A program made the position numbers and the translations under genes. Shown one piece after another: positions 36,767 to 49,566 of a DNA stretch of 64,000 nt. The notes under the pieces are model-generated. The model was given only the letters and a program-made list of their open reading frames with translations, was not told the DNA's origin and searched no databases. The DNA lies in contig CM059432.1 of the NCBI GenBank assembly GCA_030390025.1, positions 72,356,001 to 72,420,000 of the forward strand, given 5' to 3'. Position 1 is the stretch's first letter. Each line of letters begins with the position of its first letter. Source of the stretch: Squalus acanthias (Eukaryota).

Positions 36767-38530
36767 ATGGAGAGGGTGAGAGAACGAGCTCAGCGCTTCA
36801 GCGAGCGGGCCTTGGAGGCTCTGGTTGGCGCGCTGGAGCGCAGAAGATCTATACTCTTCCCTGAGAGTGGCAGGAGGCCTTTGCCGCGCGACTACAGAAG
36901 AGTGTGGAGGGAGGTGGCTCAACACGTCTCCTCCAGGAGCATGGTGCCTAGGACCCATATACAATGTCGCAAAAAGTTCAACGACCTCACTCGGGTCGTC
37001 AGGGTGAGTGGCTTTTTTTCAATACCTCTCCATTCCTCCATCTCAACCTCACTCTATGGCCAGATGGTCTTAAAACCCCAATGCCCAACACTCATCCAAC
37101 ACCTATGGCCCTCTCATGTAACACACACACACATTCCACACTTTGCATACAGTAAGGGCTATTCAACTATAGGAGGCACATCAGGCAAGACCATGGCTGT
37201 ATATTTACTCAGACGCCGTCCTTTTTCTTGTAGGCCAAGCTATCTCATAATAGGAGACAGCAGCAACGGACGGATGGAGGGCGGCCTCAGCTGCAGATCG
37301 TGAGGCGCGCGTCCACAGGATTGTGGCAAGCCAGGTGATCGGTCCCGTCGCCCCTGGAGAGGCTGACCCCGTTCTGGACAGCAATGGTAAGGTGATCACC
37401 TTTTTCTCCTCTCTCATTCCACTTGTCCCTCACAACACCAGCCTTTGACACTTTCAATCCAACTTACTAAATCGCTGCACTCCTTCCTCCCTTACTGCCC
37501 CCCTGTCCTCATGCTAAAGCCACTCTTGTACCTCCCTGCTTTCAGATGGTGATTCACCAGCTGAGGAGACGGGCCCTCAAGCTGCCAGTGGGAGTGAAGC
37601 TGCAGGCGAGGAGGAAGAGGAAGCCGGAGCATCAGCGCCACCCTCTCCCGAGGAAGCCCATGCCTACACTGGGAACACGTCTTCCCTGGAGGGGAGCGGG
37701 GGGAAGGGTCTGATGAGGGTGAAGCTCCAGGACCCAGCGGGCTGCAGCAACACGATGTGGCTAGGGAAGCTCGGGGGCCTTCTCCCCGGAGGGAGAGTAG
37801 GCCAGTGAGTCCTGCTGCACTGGACACAGAGGAGGAGCAGCTCATCACTGAAATGAACACCCAGGCGGTGGACATACACACTCAGCTCATGGGTGCAGTG
37901 GCAAGGGTGCCCGAAACCATTGATGCACTGGCAGGGAGTGTGGAGCACTTCGCTGCAGCACAGGCGGATGCCACGCTAATGCTTAGTGCTGCAATTCAGT
38001 CACTGGCTGCTGTGATCCAATCTCAGACTGGTTTCATGCAGACTCAGATTGAGGCCACGCGAGCACTGACTGCTGCCATTGTCGCTGGTTCGGACACATT
38101 TCCCCGGGGCTCTCACCGCACCGCAGCAGGCCAGCAATCTGTGCTCCAGCAGATTGCTCCGGATGCTGATGTGCTGCCCCGTGGGAGTGCCAGTGTGTCG
38201 GTCGAGCAGGGAGTTGCTGTCCTCTCTCAAGATGACAGCATTCCTGCTGCCACCACTGTCACTTCCCCATTGCACTTGCCACCGCCTGTAGCCCAGACTG
38301 CTGCCGCCCATGCAGAGTTGGTGTAGTCTGCAGCCGGGCCCTCCAGGCCCAGAGCTGGTCGAGGCCGCCCTTCAAGGGCATCTGCAGTCTCAGGTGCTGA
38401 CAATCAGCAGCCTTCCACCAGCCTTGCTGCAGCCACTGGGGTCCCATTACGGAGGAGCAGTAGGGTGGGAAGGGGGGAAGTGCGCAAGGGAAGGAGATCA
38501 CCCTCGAAGGGCAAAAAGTAGGAGGTGTGA
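36767..38530 (+). pseudogene. Harbinger Myb/SANT gene, three exons (36767-37003, 37234-37386, 37546-~38530)
   Basis: MERVRERAQRFSERALEALV...VWREVAQHVSSRSMVPRTHIQCRKKFNDL; GT-AG introns; frameshifts in exons 2 and 3 and a TAG at 38324-38326. Confidence 0.85.
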
Positions 38531-38832
38531 CGAAATGTTGGTCGATTTTTTATAAAAGGCCGAGGTTCGCGTTCAAACTTTTGTTTAGTGTTTTGGACAT
38601 TATCTCCAGGTTGTGAGAACCAGTTATGTTAATGAATGATTTTTTGTGTTTGTTTCTATTAGTTTGTCATGAAGAAATGACACACACAGAGTTTGTAAAA
38701 TAAATAAGTTTTTGTATTCAAAATGTACATGTTTGGTCTTTGGAATCATTGCTGCCTTGGCCGGCTTAGGGGTTGCGGGTTGGTTTCATTCATGTTGTTC
38801 TCCATGGCAGAAGCCATTTCCTCAGCAGGGGC

Positions 38833-39985
38833 CTAGAAGCAGCTTGCTATCAGCCGTTGACGGACGGCTCTTGCAGTTTCAACATTGTGGGCCTCCCTCC
38901 CGTCTTGGTGCTGTTGATGATCATCCTCCTCCTCTTCCTTCTCCTCTCTCCTCCTCCTCCTCCGGTGGTGCACCAAGGTCTGGTGGCATTGGCTGGGTCC
39001 TGAGGATTGCCAGGTTATGCAGCATGCAGCACACAACTATGAAGAGGGAGACTCACTCAGGCGAGTATTGCAGGGCTCCTCCTGAGTGGTCCAGACAGCG
39101 GAACCGTTGCTTGAACATGCTGATCGTCTGCTCAATGATGTTCCTGGTGGCGAGATGGCTCTCGTTGTACCGCAGCTCAGCAGGGGTGTTGGGGTTACGG
39201 AGCGGTGTCATCAGCCAGGTGCAGAGTGGATAACCCTTGTCCCCGAGGAGCCAACCACTTGGCTGATGCGGTGCCTGGAAAAGTTCTGGCACAGCAGTCT
39301 GGCGCAGGATGAATGCATCGTGGCTGCTGCCAGGATAACGGGCATTGACAGCGAGTATCAGCTGTCTGTGGTCACAGACCAACTGGACGGTTAAGGAGTG
39401 GAACCCCTTGCGGTTGTTGAAATCCTTTGCATTCTCATGCGGTGCACGCAATGCCACATGTGTGCAGTCAATGGTGCCCTGCACCATGGGGAAGCCCGCT
39501 ATCCTCGCAAAGCCCAATGCGCGTTCATGCTGTTTGGCCTGGGTCATTGGCGTCTCCTTTTATAGAGGGCCTTTGTGACCTGACGGATGCAGCAATGGAC
39601 CGCGAACTGGGAGATATTGGCGATGTCCCCAGTAGCTGCTTGAAAGGAGCCGCTGGCATAAAAGTTCAGAGCCACTGTGACCTTCACTGCCACCGACAGA
39701 GACGTCCTGGTCCTCAGTAGAGGCTGAAGATCTGTCTGCAGCGGGCGGCAGAGCTCAGTGACTATCTCCTTGCTGAAGCGCAGCCTGCGCAAACACTGCT
39801 CCTCAGACAAATGAATGTAGAAGAATTGTTGGCGAAATACCCTGGGAGGGTAAGGTCTCCTGTACAGAGGCCTGTTGGCCCTCCTCCGTCTGGCCATGAT
39901 TGCCACTCTCTCTCCCTGCGTCTATGTTGCCTCCGATTCTGCAGGCGCAGGACGACGCCCCGAATCAGTGCAGCCCCCAAAGTCT
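38833..39985 (-). pseudogene. Harbinger DDE transposase (HARBI1-like family)
   Basis: ORFs 39544..39906 and 39053..39547: LRRLRFSKE, YASGSFQ, GTIDCTH, NRKGFHSL, PGSSHD, LGDKGYP, IEQTISMFKQRFRCLD; frameshifts and stops. Confidence 0.95.
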
Positions 39986-40492
39986 CTTGGCAATCAAAGT
40001 AATGAAGGTCAAATCCAAAAGTACCTGCAAAGTGATGCTCAGTAGCCAAAACTACTTCACACAGCGTTGACTCTATGCAGAAGTCTCTCCTTCTCTCTCA
40101 GAATCTCTCTCTCTGTCAGAATGAGTGGTGCAAAAATGTCTACCACAGAAAAAGCCAGGAAGAGGCCGCCTTTAAATAGCGCCGCCCCAGCCCCTCACTG
40201 ACTGGGAAACATTCCAGTCTCCCTGTCGTTGCTTGCAGCAGGCGGAAAGGAGGGGGGGCGCCACTCAATATCCGGTCCGGGGCGCCACAAGGGCGTTGCA
40301 CGTTCGACTGACGTCAAGATCTGCGGGCGCAGGAGATCGGGACGATAGTGTTTAGCGGCGCCGCAAAATGTCTGGTCAATTTCGCGAGCGGCGCCAACAT
40401 CGCCGCGCCCCGGCGCTAGTTGCTTTGTGCCCCATTAGTGCCCTCTTAAGGCGCTAACGGGAGGCGCAAACCAACCGAATTTTTCCCCCCAT

Positions 40493-41530
40493 GACTTTAA
40501 ATTGCTAAATGCATTGGACTATCTGTCAGGGAGCTTCCACAACAAGTTAGAGAATGTGGAGAAGTCCATTATCAACTTGTGTGGGGTTCTGGCCCATGGC
40601 ATCAACACTCTGCAGTTGACCATGAAGTATGTGGTCACCTCAATGGACACTGCAGCGGGGTCCTCCTGCAGGAGTCAGTGGCATCAGTAGTAGCAGCTCT
40701 CAGGAATGTTTGTACTGGTACCATGTAGGCTTTGGCTCAACCACCTTCTCCACCTTGGAGAGGCTGCAAGACCGAATGGATAGGGGCTTCAGTCAGATGA
40801 TGGATGCCCTACAGTCTTGTTCTCCGGCAGATCAGTGGGTGTGCTGAGCTGCAGCTCGATAGCAGGAGCAGTCATGCAATAGGAATGGAAAATGTTTCCC
40901 TCTCTCTGAGGATGACAGGATGTCTGGACCCTCACCACTCCCTCAACCATGCCTGCCCTGGTGGTAGAAAGCCAGACTAGCCCAGCAGCCACAGAATTGC
41001 TACAGTCTGCAGCCAGGCCCTCTCAGGCCTGAGCTTTTAGAAATCACCAACCACAAGCACCTCATGACCTGCAGCAGCTTTCCACCTTCCATGCTGAAGC
41101 CACTGGGGCAGCACCTCATACGATCACCTGAGTAGGGAAAAGAGCACTTAAGACAGGCACTATCGGCTCACACTGGGGAGATGATTAATGTCTCAGCATT
41201 TGTGTAAGCCAGTAAAATGATAAATCTGTTTGAAATCTGTGTTCCTTTACTAACTGATGACCTTGCACTGTCAGTAGACATGAATGTCAATATTGGTCTT
41301 TGGGCAGAAGTAATTTATCGGAGGGTGGAAGGGAATGGATAAATGTTGAACGTGACTGTTAATTCAGGGAAGCAGGGATTTTTCAGATGAAATGCACTTC
41401 AATGAGCTGCTGCTGAAGAGCTGTGGCTGCAGGGACTGTTGCAGCCCTCCTGCTTCCACGGCATCCTTCCCTGTCAGCGGTGTTGTCTCCCTCAACCTGC
41501 TGAATGCCCTCCTTCAATGGTGACTCCATG
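40493..41530. mobile_element. Older decayed Harbinger remnant (Myb 3' part and transposase 3' tail) flanking element 3
   Basis: ctctctgaggatgacag...cagtctgcagccaggccctc...gccactgggg resembles 38220-38450. Confidence 0.5.
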
Positions 41531-41544
41531 TGTTGTCCCCATTG

Positions 41545-41710
41545 CAGACCTTATTAATTTGCCCTGCCACCTTTAAGGATTTGTGTATATGGATACTGCT
41601 CATCTACACTTTTCAAAATCGTGCCATTTATAGTGTACTGTCTTTCCATATTAGTCCTCCCAAATTGCATCACTTCACGCTTCTCCGCATTGAACTCCAT
41701 CTGCCATGCT
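41545..41710 (-). mobile_element. Short CR1 RT fragment
   Basis: WQMEFNAEKREVMQFGR-like translation. Confidence 0.6.
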
Positions 41711-42934
41711 TCATACAGCAAACCACTATCATACGAGACACAGTTTGTGGGCTGTATTGAAGGAAGCCACTGGATCAGTCCAGGCAGCGGAGTTGTTGCT
41801 TGAGGCCTCTAGTGATCTGTTCAATGGGGGCTCTAAGTGAGGATCCCTGTTAATGCTGGAAATTACCATCCCCCAACTTGTACCGCTCATGGTTTGTGGG
41901 CGGGTTGTGGAACTGGCGATAGTAATGCGGGCATAGACAAAAATGGTATTGGGGTCTTAACTGCAGCATTCGACCCTGATTTGCTTACATTAATGAAGTC
42001 GCCACCTATTTCTGGCAAGAGCTCTGGCCATCTAAATCAAGATGCACCCAAAAATCGGAATGGGCAGACCTTCACGCTAAGTTGGAGGTCATTTTCTTTT
42101 CCAATTTTGGTCCTGCTACTGCCCTGCTTTAAGCTATAAACGGGGCGGTAGCATGACAAAAATTACTGCTGTGTTTATTTAGTGTAAAACGGGGTTCGCG
42201 GTACTGCCCAAAGACAAAATTCAACTCCTAAAGTCTGCTGCAAAAGCAGCTTCTTAATGTTGTCTTTTCCTTGGTAGCAGATACTTTATTGGTGGCTCAT
42301 TTGTTCAATTCACTAGGGCTACGACAAACTTTATAAAGTCACCTAGTCATTTATCGGATTTGCAAACGTGCCTGAAAGCTGGTTGGCAACAAGTGGGCTT
42401 CATGCTGTTCGGATGCACTGTACCCTGGGTAGGGAGAAGCTGGGAGTGTGCTGACTTTTGTTCAAAAAATCAAAACTGAAGTGCCACTGTTATTGCAGCT
42501 CAGCTAGAGAAATGTGTACAAAGCACATACTTATGCTCCAATAATTTCAACCTCACAGCTGCTCAATTTTGACAGGAAATTGGCAGTTGTCTGCTTGATT
42601 TTCATAGTAACGCAAAAATAATTTGTATTCCTGCTCCTTCCAGCTCCACAAAAATAGAAGAGTAAAACATTTTTGGGCTGTTTGCTGAGCAGCCAGCAAT
42701 GGTCCCTTTAAGGGCTGCTGCTTGGACCACTCACTCCCGGTACACATGGGTGGAGCATGTATGGCACACACTCCGTCCATGTGTCCCTTGAAATTGTAGT
42801 CAGGGTCCTAATTATGTCATTAGGACCCTGATTTGCATGAGTAAGAGACCTACCGCCTGTTTCAGGCGATGCTGTGGCTGCCCATGGGCAGGCTCTTAAA
42901 AACTGTCAGTGGCCGGAGCATTGGCATTAACGGA

Positions 42935-42980
42935 ATGTTGTTGTTATTGTTGTTACTATTATTGTTGTTATTATTATTAT
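42935..42980 (+). repeat. (TTG/TTA)n microsatellite
   Basis: tgttgttgttattgttgttactattattgttgttattattattat. Confidence 0.85.
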
Positions 42981-44781
42981 GGATCATTCATTTTGCTGAT
43001 GGCTCCATGAATCATGAAACAAGACCACAGGGGTCATGGTGGATCTCTACACAGCAACAGTCGACCTTTCTTCACCCAGCACCTCTGCCTCTTCCTCACC
43101 CATCAGTGACTCATCTTCTGTTGACTCAATACTGTGTGTGTGTTTGAGGCGGTGCCAGTTTCAGTTGATGCTGTGATGCAAAGTGCTGAGGTGTGCCAGC
43201 ATTCCCACAATACCAGCTCTCTCACCCTGGCCTTTCTGTAAAAAAAGAAGAAAGACACGGCCATTGTTATGCACACAGTTCTTGCTACTTTCTGTAGCCG
43301 AGTACAACTACTGATTTCAACCTGATGAAAGTGAAAATTATTGCTGCGGTGTAGGTGGGCAATTATTATTGCACATACCAGAAACACTGTCATCTCTACA
43401 AACGCCAGCAGGTCCTGTAGAGCCTCACAGGCTGTAGTATCTATAATAGTTTTTATGTAGCAGCTAAGAGGTTTCATCTGGCATGGCAGGTAACAGGATT
43501 ATACATTACTTGAGGTATAATTTGAAATGTAAAATATCTTGCTAAATTAATGGAAGGAAAATCCAGCTAGTTTCTTTACAGGTGTGCGCTCCAATCAAAT
43601 TTATTTTTCTGATATTCATCAGGCCAAGGTGCCTGGGCACAGACTGGGAAATCTCCCCTAGCAGGTGAGTAATCTTTCTCAGATTCTGTTCTGTAAACAG
43701 CGGTTCTCTGTTTCCACATATAATCCACAATAGTATAAAGGATCTCTTCGGTAAAGCTGTAAAATTTTGGGTCTGCCTTGGATCATGGGATTCTTTATAG
43801 CCAGACATCAAACGGTGAACCAGCGCTCACAGGCAGCTTGCCAATCGGGGGTAGCAGGAAATCCTGTGGCTCCTCCACAGAGCCAGGTCAGTAGTAATGA
43901 GTTAAAGATGGGGAGGCAATTTCAGGGGGCGTGGACAGGCCAGAAGGTTTTTGTGGGGGCAGGTGGAGCATTCAAAAATCTCAAAAAAAAACTTGTACTT
44001 ACCTTTTTCTGAGCGGCCCTCAGCGGTCCCTTTAAGGATAGTTGGTTGGGCCTCCCTACGCCTGGTACCAATGGGTGGAGCGTGAATGGGGGCAGGTTCC
44101 GCAGGTACCTTAAAATTGCAGTAGGCTCAAATGTATGTCACAGGATCCCGATTAGCATATTGAAAGTAGCCTTCCACCTGAAACAGGCGGGCACCTGGGC
44201 CGCCCATGTGAAGGACCCAACAAAAATGGTGATGGTCATTACAGGAGCGGGAACAAGGTGGTAAGTGGTGCACCGCCATTTTCAGCCTGCTACCACTCTG
44301 TTGCAGCCAGATGGAGGCCATCAAAATCAGTCAGGTACAGGTACAACTAAATTGCCTTATCGTCAGGAATGTGCCCATGTCAAATTACATGTAACGTAAT
44401 TCAGTGGTGTAACAAAAGGACCCCCGTGTGATCTGAACAATACTTTGATGTACTGAGTGTTATTTATAATTCTTATGCGGAGATGATTTAGCACATTAAT
44501 TGCAGGTTTTTGTTAGTTGTAACACATCCGAGCTCCAAGTATGTGCAGTAAGTAAACCTGTGTATTCTTATGAGTGCACTAAAAAAGTGGGAGAAATAAA
44601 ATAACTAATTTAATAACTAATTAATGCTAAGAGCAAGTGAAACCCACATGTGCTCTTTTCAACCAGCCAATCTCACGAAAAGTTGTAATGTAACACCTCC
44701 TCAGACAATGTCAGAAGGTGGTATCTCTAATGTTATTCCTGCACTCACTGAGCTCACACTCACTTTCTATATTGAGATACT

Positions 44782-46108
44782 GGCTGGAATTTCCCCCTAA
44801 AAAAACAGGTGTGTTTGGGGCGTGGGGGTAGTTAAATTGTTAAAAATGGGATTCCTGACCTGATCCCGCCTCCAACCCGCCCACTTCCAGTTTTAACAGA
44901 GGCGGGGCGACCAACCTGCTCCCAGGGGAGCGGTACGTCAATTTAAATATCATAATGAGGCTGGAAGCCTCTTTTTTCACCTCCATTTTGAATTTAACTG
45001 CATATGGATGGGTTTCACACAATTTGTGAAACCCGGCAGTTAAACCGAGGCAGGGACTCCTGGATCCAGGAAGTAAGTAGCTTTATACCTACCTCCTGGA
45101 TCCAGGGTCCCTGCCTAACCCACCCCCCGCGATTGGAGACCCCCCCCACGAGGCCTCTGATCGCCTTCCAAGTCCCCCCCGGCATCATGAGGCCTCCCCT
45201 CCTCCCACCCCACAGATGATTTTCAGAGGCCGGCCACAATCCTCCGGTGGCCGACTCTGATCCTCTCTCTCCCCCCCTGCCTATCCCCGATCCCCAGCCG
45301 ACCAGCCCCGCCGATGCTCCGGCCGACTCCCCCACGATCCCCGACTGCCGATTCCCACCACCCCTCCCGCAATCCCGGACTGGCGATTCCCAGCCCCCCC
45401 CCCCGCGATCCCCGACTGGCGATTCCCACCCCCCTCCCGCGATCCCCGACTGGCGATTCCCACCCCCCCTCCCGCGATCCCCGACTGCCGATTCCCAGCC
45501 CCCCCCCCGCGATCCCCGACTGCCGATTCCCAGCCCCCCCCCGCGATCCCCGACTGCCGATTCCCCCCACCCCCGCGATCCCCGACTGCCGATTTCCCCC
45601 CCCCCCCGCGATCCCCGACTGGCGATTCCCAGCCCCCCCCGCGATCCCCGACTGCCGATTCCCCCCCACCCCCGCGATCCCCGACTGGCGATTCCCAGCC
45701 CCCCCCCGCGATCCCCGACTGGCGATTCCCACCCCCCCTCCCGCGATCCCCGACTGGCGATTCCCACCCCCCCTCCCGCGATCCCCGACTGGCGATTCCC
45801 AGCCCCCCCCGCGATCCCCGACTGCCGATTCCCCCCCACCCCCGCGATCCCTGACTGCCGATTCCCAGCCCCCCCCCCGCGATCCCCGACTGGAGATTCC
45901 CAGCCCCCCCTCCACCACGATCCCTCCCCTGGACTGACCCCTCACATCTGCAGCCTACCCACCTGCAGCCAGCCAGCCTCTCAATCTGGTTGGCTGCGGG
46001 CAGGAATCCGAGGCCTCAAATTCAAATTAGGCCCCGCCGATAAAGTTGGCAGGGCCGGTGGGAAACCCGGGAGCCTCGTGTCCCCAACCCTTAAGATAAA
46101 TCTGTCCA
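44782..46108 (+). mobile_element. Harbinger-type MITE carrying an expanded minisatellite
   Basis: Starts GGCTGGAATTT and ends AAATCTGTCC; flanks of the array are similar to 55362-56010. Confidence 0.65.
45328..45915. repeat. C-rich ~31-33-bp minisatellite
   Basis: Unit CCGCGATCCCCGACTG(G/C)CGATTCCC(A/C)(G/C)CCCCC, about 18 copies with variable C-run length. Confidence 0.95.
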
Positions 46109-49100
46109 CTGTGAATGTGTTTTTCATTCGCAACAACCCCATCTCATGTATAGTTAACTCACTGTGATATGATAACAAATCTTTACAAATGGAAGCAGAA
46201 GAAAACGACACGGGGAGCGAAAATCTGCAGCCTTCCTAGTGCACCTCCACCATAACTTTGGTGGGAGTGCACTGGAAGGGCCAAAGGTTAGGTCAAGACC
46301 TGGAGCCTCTGCCCATTCTAACCCAGACTAATGGTATCAGAGTGGATGGGACCAGAGGTGGAGACTCCCCAGGTCAGGAGTTCCCGCTTTTCCTGCAGAG
46401 GCCCATGGCATAAAGTCGGCAGGAGTCAAACCAACCTGCCAAATTGCTGAAGTAAGGCTCACCTGGGGCTCCAGGCCCGACTGTGGCCTGGACCCAGAAG
46501 AAATATTCTATTTTTTGAAAATGATTTTGTAGCATCCCCCCTTACAAAGGGAATTGAGGGGACACCGAATAGTTTGTTCAGGCAGGGGTTGGGGGGAGGG
46601 GGAGGGGTGGTGCGGGACCTGGCGTAGTCACCTACTTAGGCTTGGAAATTAAATGACCCCACCAAACCCACAAACTTTGGTGGGATCAGCAGCGGGAGAC
46701 CTGGGTGGGGACATTCAGCACCCCCATGGATTTTCAGTCCCGTGATATATATGCCGATAGTCAGCGGCCATTAAAAGGCAAGTATAACAGGACAGTTTAC
46801 AATTCCATCCCAAACACAGGCTTGCAAACCAAATTACATAGTAATTGAATCCAGAGTACATTTAGTCAATTTCATTGAGATAAGTTATATTTTTAAAAGT
46901 GAAAAAGAGCCCAATTTATTTGAGTATTACTGAAGAAAAGGAGAAAATATTGCATAAGCACAAATAAAAGATCCCCTACAAACCTGACCAGGGCCTGTCT
47001 GCATCAGCTGAGTGAGGCTTCAGGAAGGTACACTCAAAGCAGAAACAAGAGCGTTTGTGTGTGAAAAGAAAAAAATTCAAATTGTTGCAGAATTTAAGAA
47101 CAAATTTTAAACATGATAAAGGTCTGCCGGTTTGATGGACCAAGTCATTTACTCCTCCTGTTTCTCTGCTTTGTGGTGTGGTGGATAGAACAGAAGAAAT
47201 TTATTTTTCCCTCCAATCAGGTGTTGACATATAAAATTCTCAGTATATATTAAATGAAGCTGTGAAAATCCCTCCGAGCTAGACTGTAAAGAGAATTGCC
47301 ATGGAAATAGAACTCTGTCAGGTTAAGAGCATATAATCCAGGTGCTTCTCACAGGCACGTGTGATGTTGAAAGACAATGCTCCTTATTGGTCAAAGTTAA
47401 CCTTTGAACTGTTATTCAGTTAAGAAATAACACTGAAGTGATGTTTATTGTTCAGATAGCATGCAATACAATGTAACCTGTAGTATTGTCACTGGATGAG
47501 ATCCAGATTAACATTCCTGCCAGCCCCATACAAAGAGGATGTGTGTATAATGAGGAATTATACATGTTAAAAAAATATATTGGTATTAACATCAAAAGGA
47601 TCAAACTATGCTTTTCAAAACAAAAAGCAATTTGTCAATATGAGCTGTTTTGAAAAGGAACTGTATGCTGAGACATCCTTTTGCAAACATAAGGGTGGTA
47701 TAAACAACGCACCAATACCGAGTTGTATGCTACATTGTGGAGTCCATCTTGGTGGATACATTTGAAGCTTCGTGAAACTTTGTCTGGACCTTGATTGTTG
47801 CTGTTTGCTGCTCTGGAGCTTCTCTGAAGACCTCTTTTAGTTATAAGAAGTACTGGAGAAAGTTATTTTTTGGACAGGAGAAATGGATTTCCTAACGGGA
47901 ATCTCTCTCTTCTTGCACTATGAAAATGATCAGGATGGTCATAAAATCATAGAATCTTAGATCACAGGAAGAGGCCATTTGGCCTGCCGTGCCTATGCTG
48001 GCTCTGTGTAAGAGCTATCCAATTAGACTTACTCCTTTATTTTTTGCCCATAGCCCTGCAATATTTTCCTTTTCAAGTATATTTCTAATTCCCTTTAGCA
48101 AAGGGAGGGGATGCAATCGGTATACTATGGAGACGGGGAAGTACTCCTGCTCCTCCTGGCACCACGGCAACAATATTTTGTATTTATTAAAAAAAAATCT
48201 ACCCTTGAATGGCGGTCGTCTAGCGACTGCTTAAGAATCCCGATTGGAGCAGGCCCAACTCCTGCCCTGTGATATTGAATATCGGCGAGGGGGCCTAAAC
48301 AGGCGTTAGGTCCTTCATTTACATATGTAAGGAGCTTAAAGCCTGTTTTAGGAAGCCGCCAGGACGCCTGACAATTGGTCTGACCCAATCTCAGCTTTCA
48401 GGAGACCTTTGGGCATAAAATGGCCCATTCCTGAATACTATGCCACCGTTAGGCCATTAAGAAGTAGAGGTTCTCAATATATTTCCCAACATAATGTGTT
48501 GATGATTTATATTTAGAAAGACTGAGGCCATCTATTTACTTGGTCTCAGAGGAGAGACTGTCAAAGACATAATTATCCTTTGTACATGAGGTCATGAGGC
48601 TCCAAAGTATATTATTCCTACAGTAGGGAATGCTCACAAAGGCAGAACAGTGCACTGCGGATTCTAAATCATCTTTATTAGTGAAGATTCAATCAATACT
48701 GATGAACAAGTATTGTCAGTTATATGAGTAGCATCAGTGATAATCTGAGTAAAATTAAATGAGTGAGATTTAAGCCGATATAATACAGAAGATGGCTGGT
48801 TTCAGCTAACACCACCCCTGCCCGCCACCCCCCCCCCCCCCCCCCACCCCTGCTCACTATGCACATACCCACAGTCCCAATTTTAACTTGCCGACATGAG
48901 GCCTGGGCCATTTTAACCCACGGACCTCATTAACATACTTCAGGCAGGATTCCCACCCAAACCCTGTGAGAATGATGTGGAGCTGGCAGTTGGGAGCGGG
49001 GCGAATTGGCAGGAGGCCACTGTTGTGGACTCACTTTTAACCCCCGGTACACCCTGTTTGGATGGGGTTAAACTCAGGACTAGACAAACTACTATCTTCA

Positions 49101-49566
49101 AGGTTACAAAGTGGCATGTAGCATCTCAAGGACAAGTAAAAATCAGAGACAATCAGAATGTCAATAGTAGAATGTAATAGTATAGAATGGATTATTGTCT
49201 TTGAGTCTAATACTTTGCAGTGAAAAATTAGAAATTAGTGGACCATTAGGCTTCTTTTATGCATCTTAATCACAATTATTTAAAATGTAGTCTTTCCCAA
49301 ATGCGAAAATCTATTTTCGTTTAGCTTCACTGTAAATAAAAGGGCATGTTCCTGAGAGGTGATTTTCCAGATCACTCAAATGGGGTGTAAGAATCTGAGC
49401 TTTTTCTTTTTTCTTTAATAGCTGTGGTTTTTGTCTCCTTTTTGTCATCTTTATTATTCCACTGGTATAGAATTTATAAACTTAATAGTTTTCAACTAGA
49501 TAGTGTACAGCTTAAATGCTGAACAAATTAGTTCTGATGGTTTAAAGTGTGGCTCTGGAATATAAT

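Larger units (their letters stand above)
36406..40489. mobile_element. PIF/Harbinger transposon 3 (full length, ~4.1 kb, best preserved)
   Basis: 16-bp TIRs GGGGGAGAAATTCGGT and GGGGGAAAAATTCGGT; TSD CAT at 36403-36405 and 40490-40492; convergent Myb (+) and transposase (-) genes. Confidence 0.92.

Noticed and set aside
36767..39985. Domesticated host HARBI1/NAIF1 genes
   Set aside because: Enclosed by TIRs and a TSD, multi-copy within the window, and disrupted by stops and frameshifts; these are transposon genes.
45015..46167. 200-300-aa ORFs on both strands
   Set aside because: Translations of the ~32-bp minisatellite.
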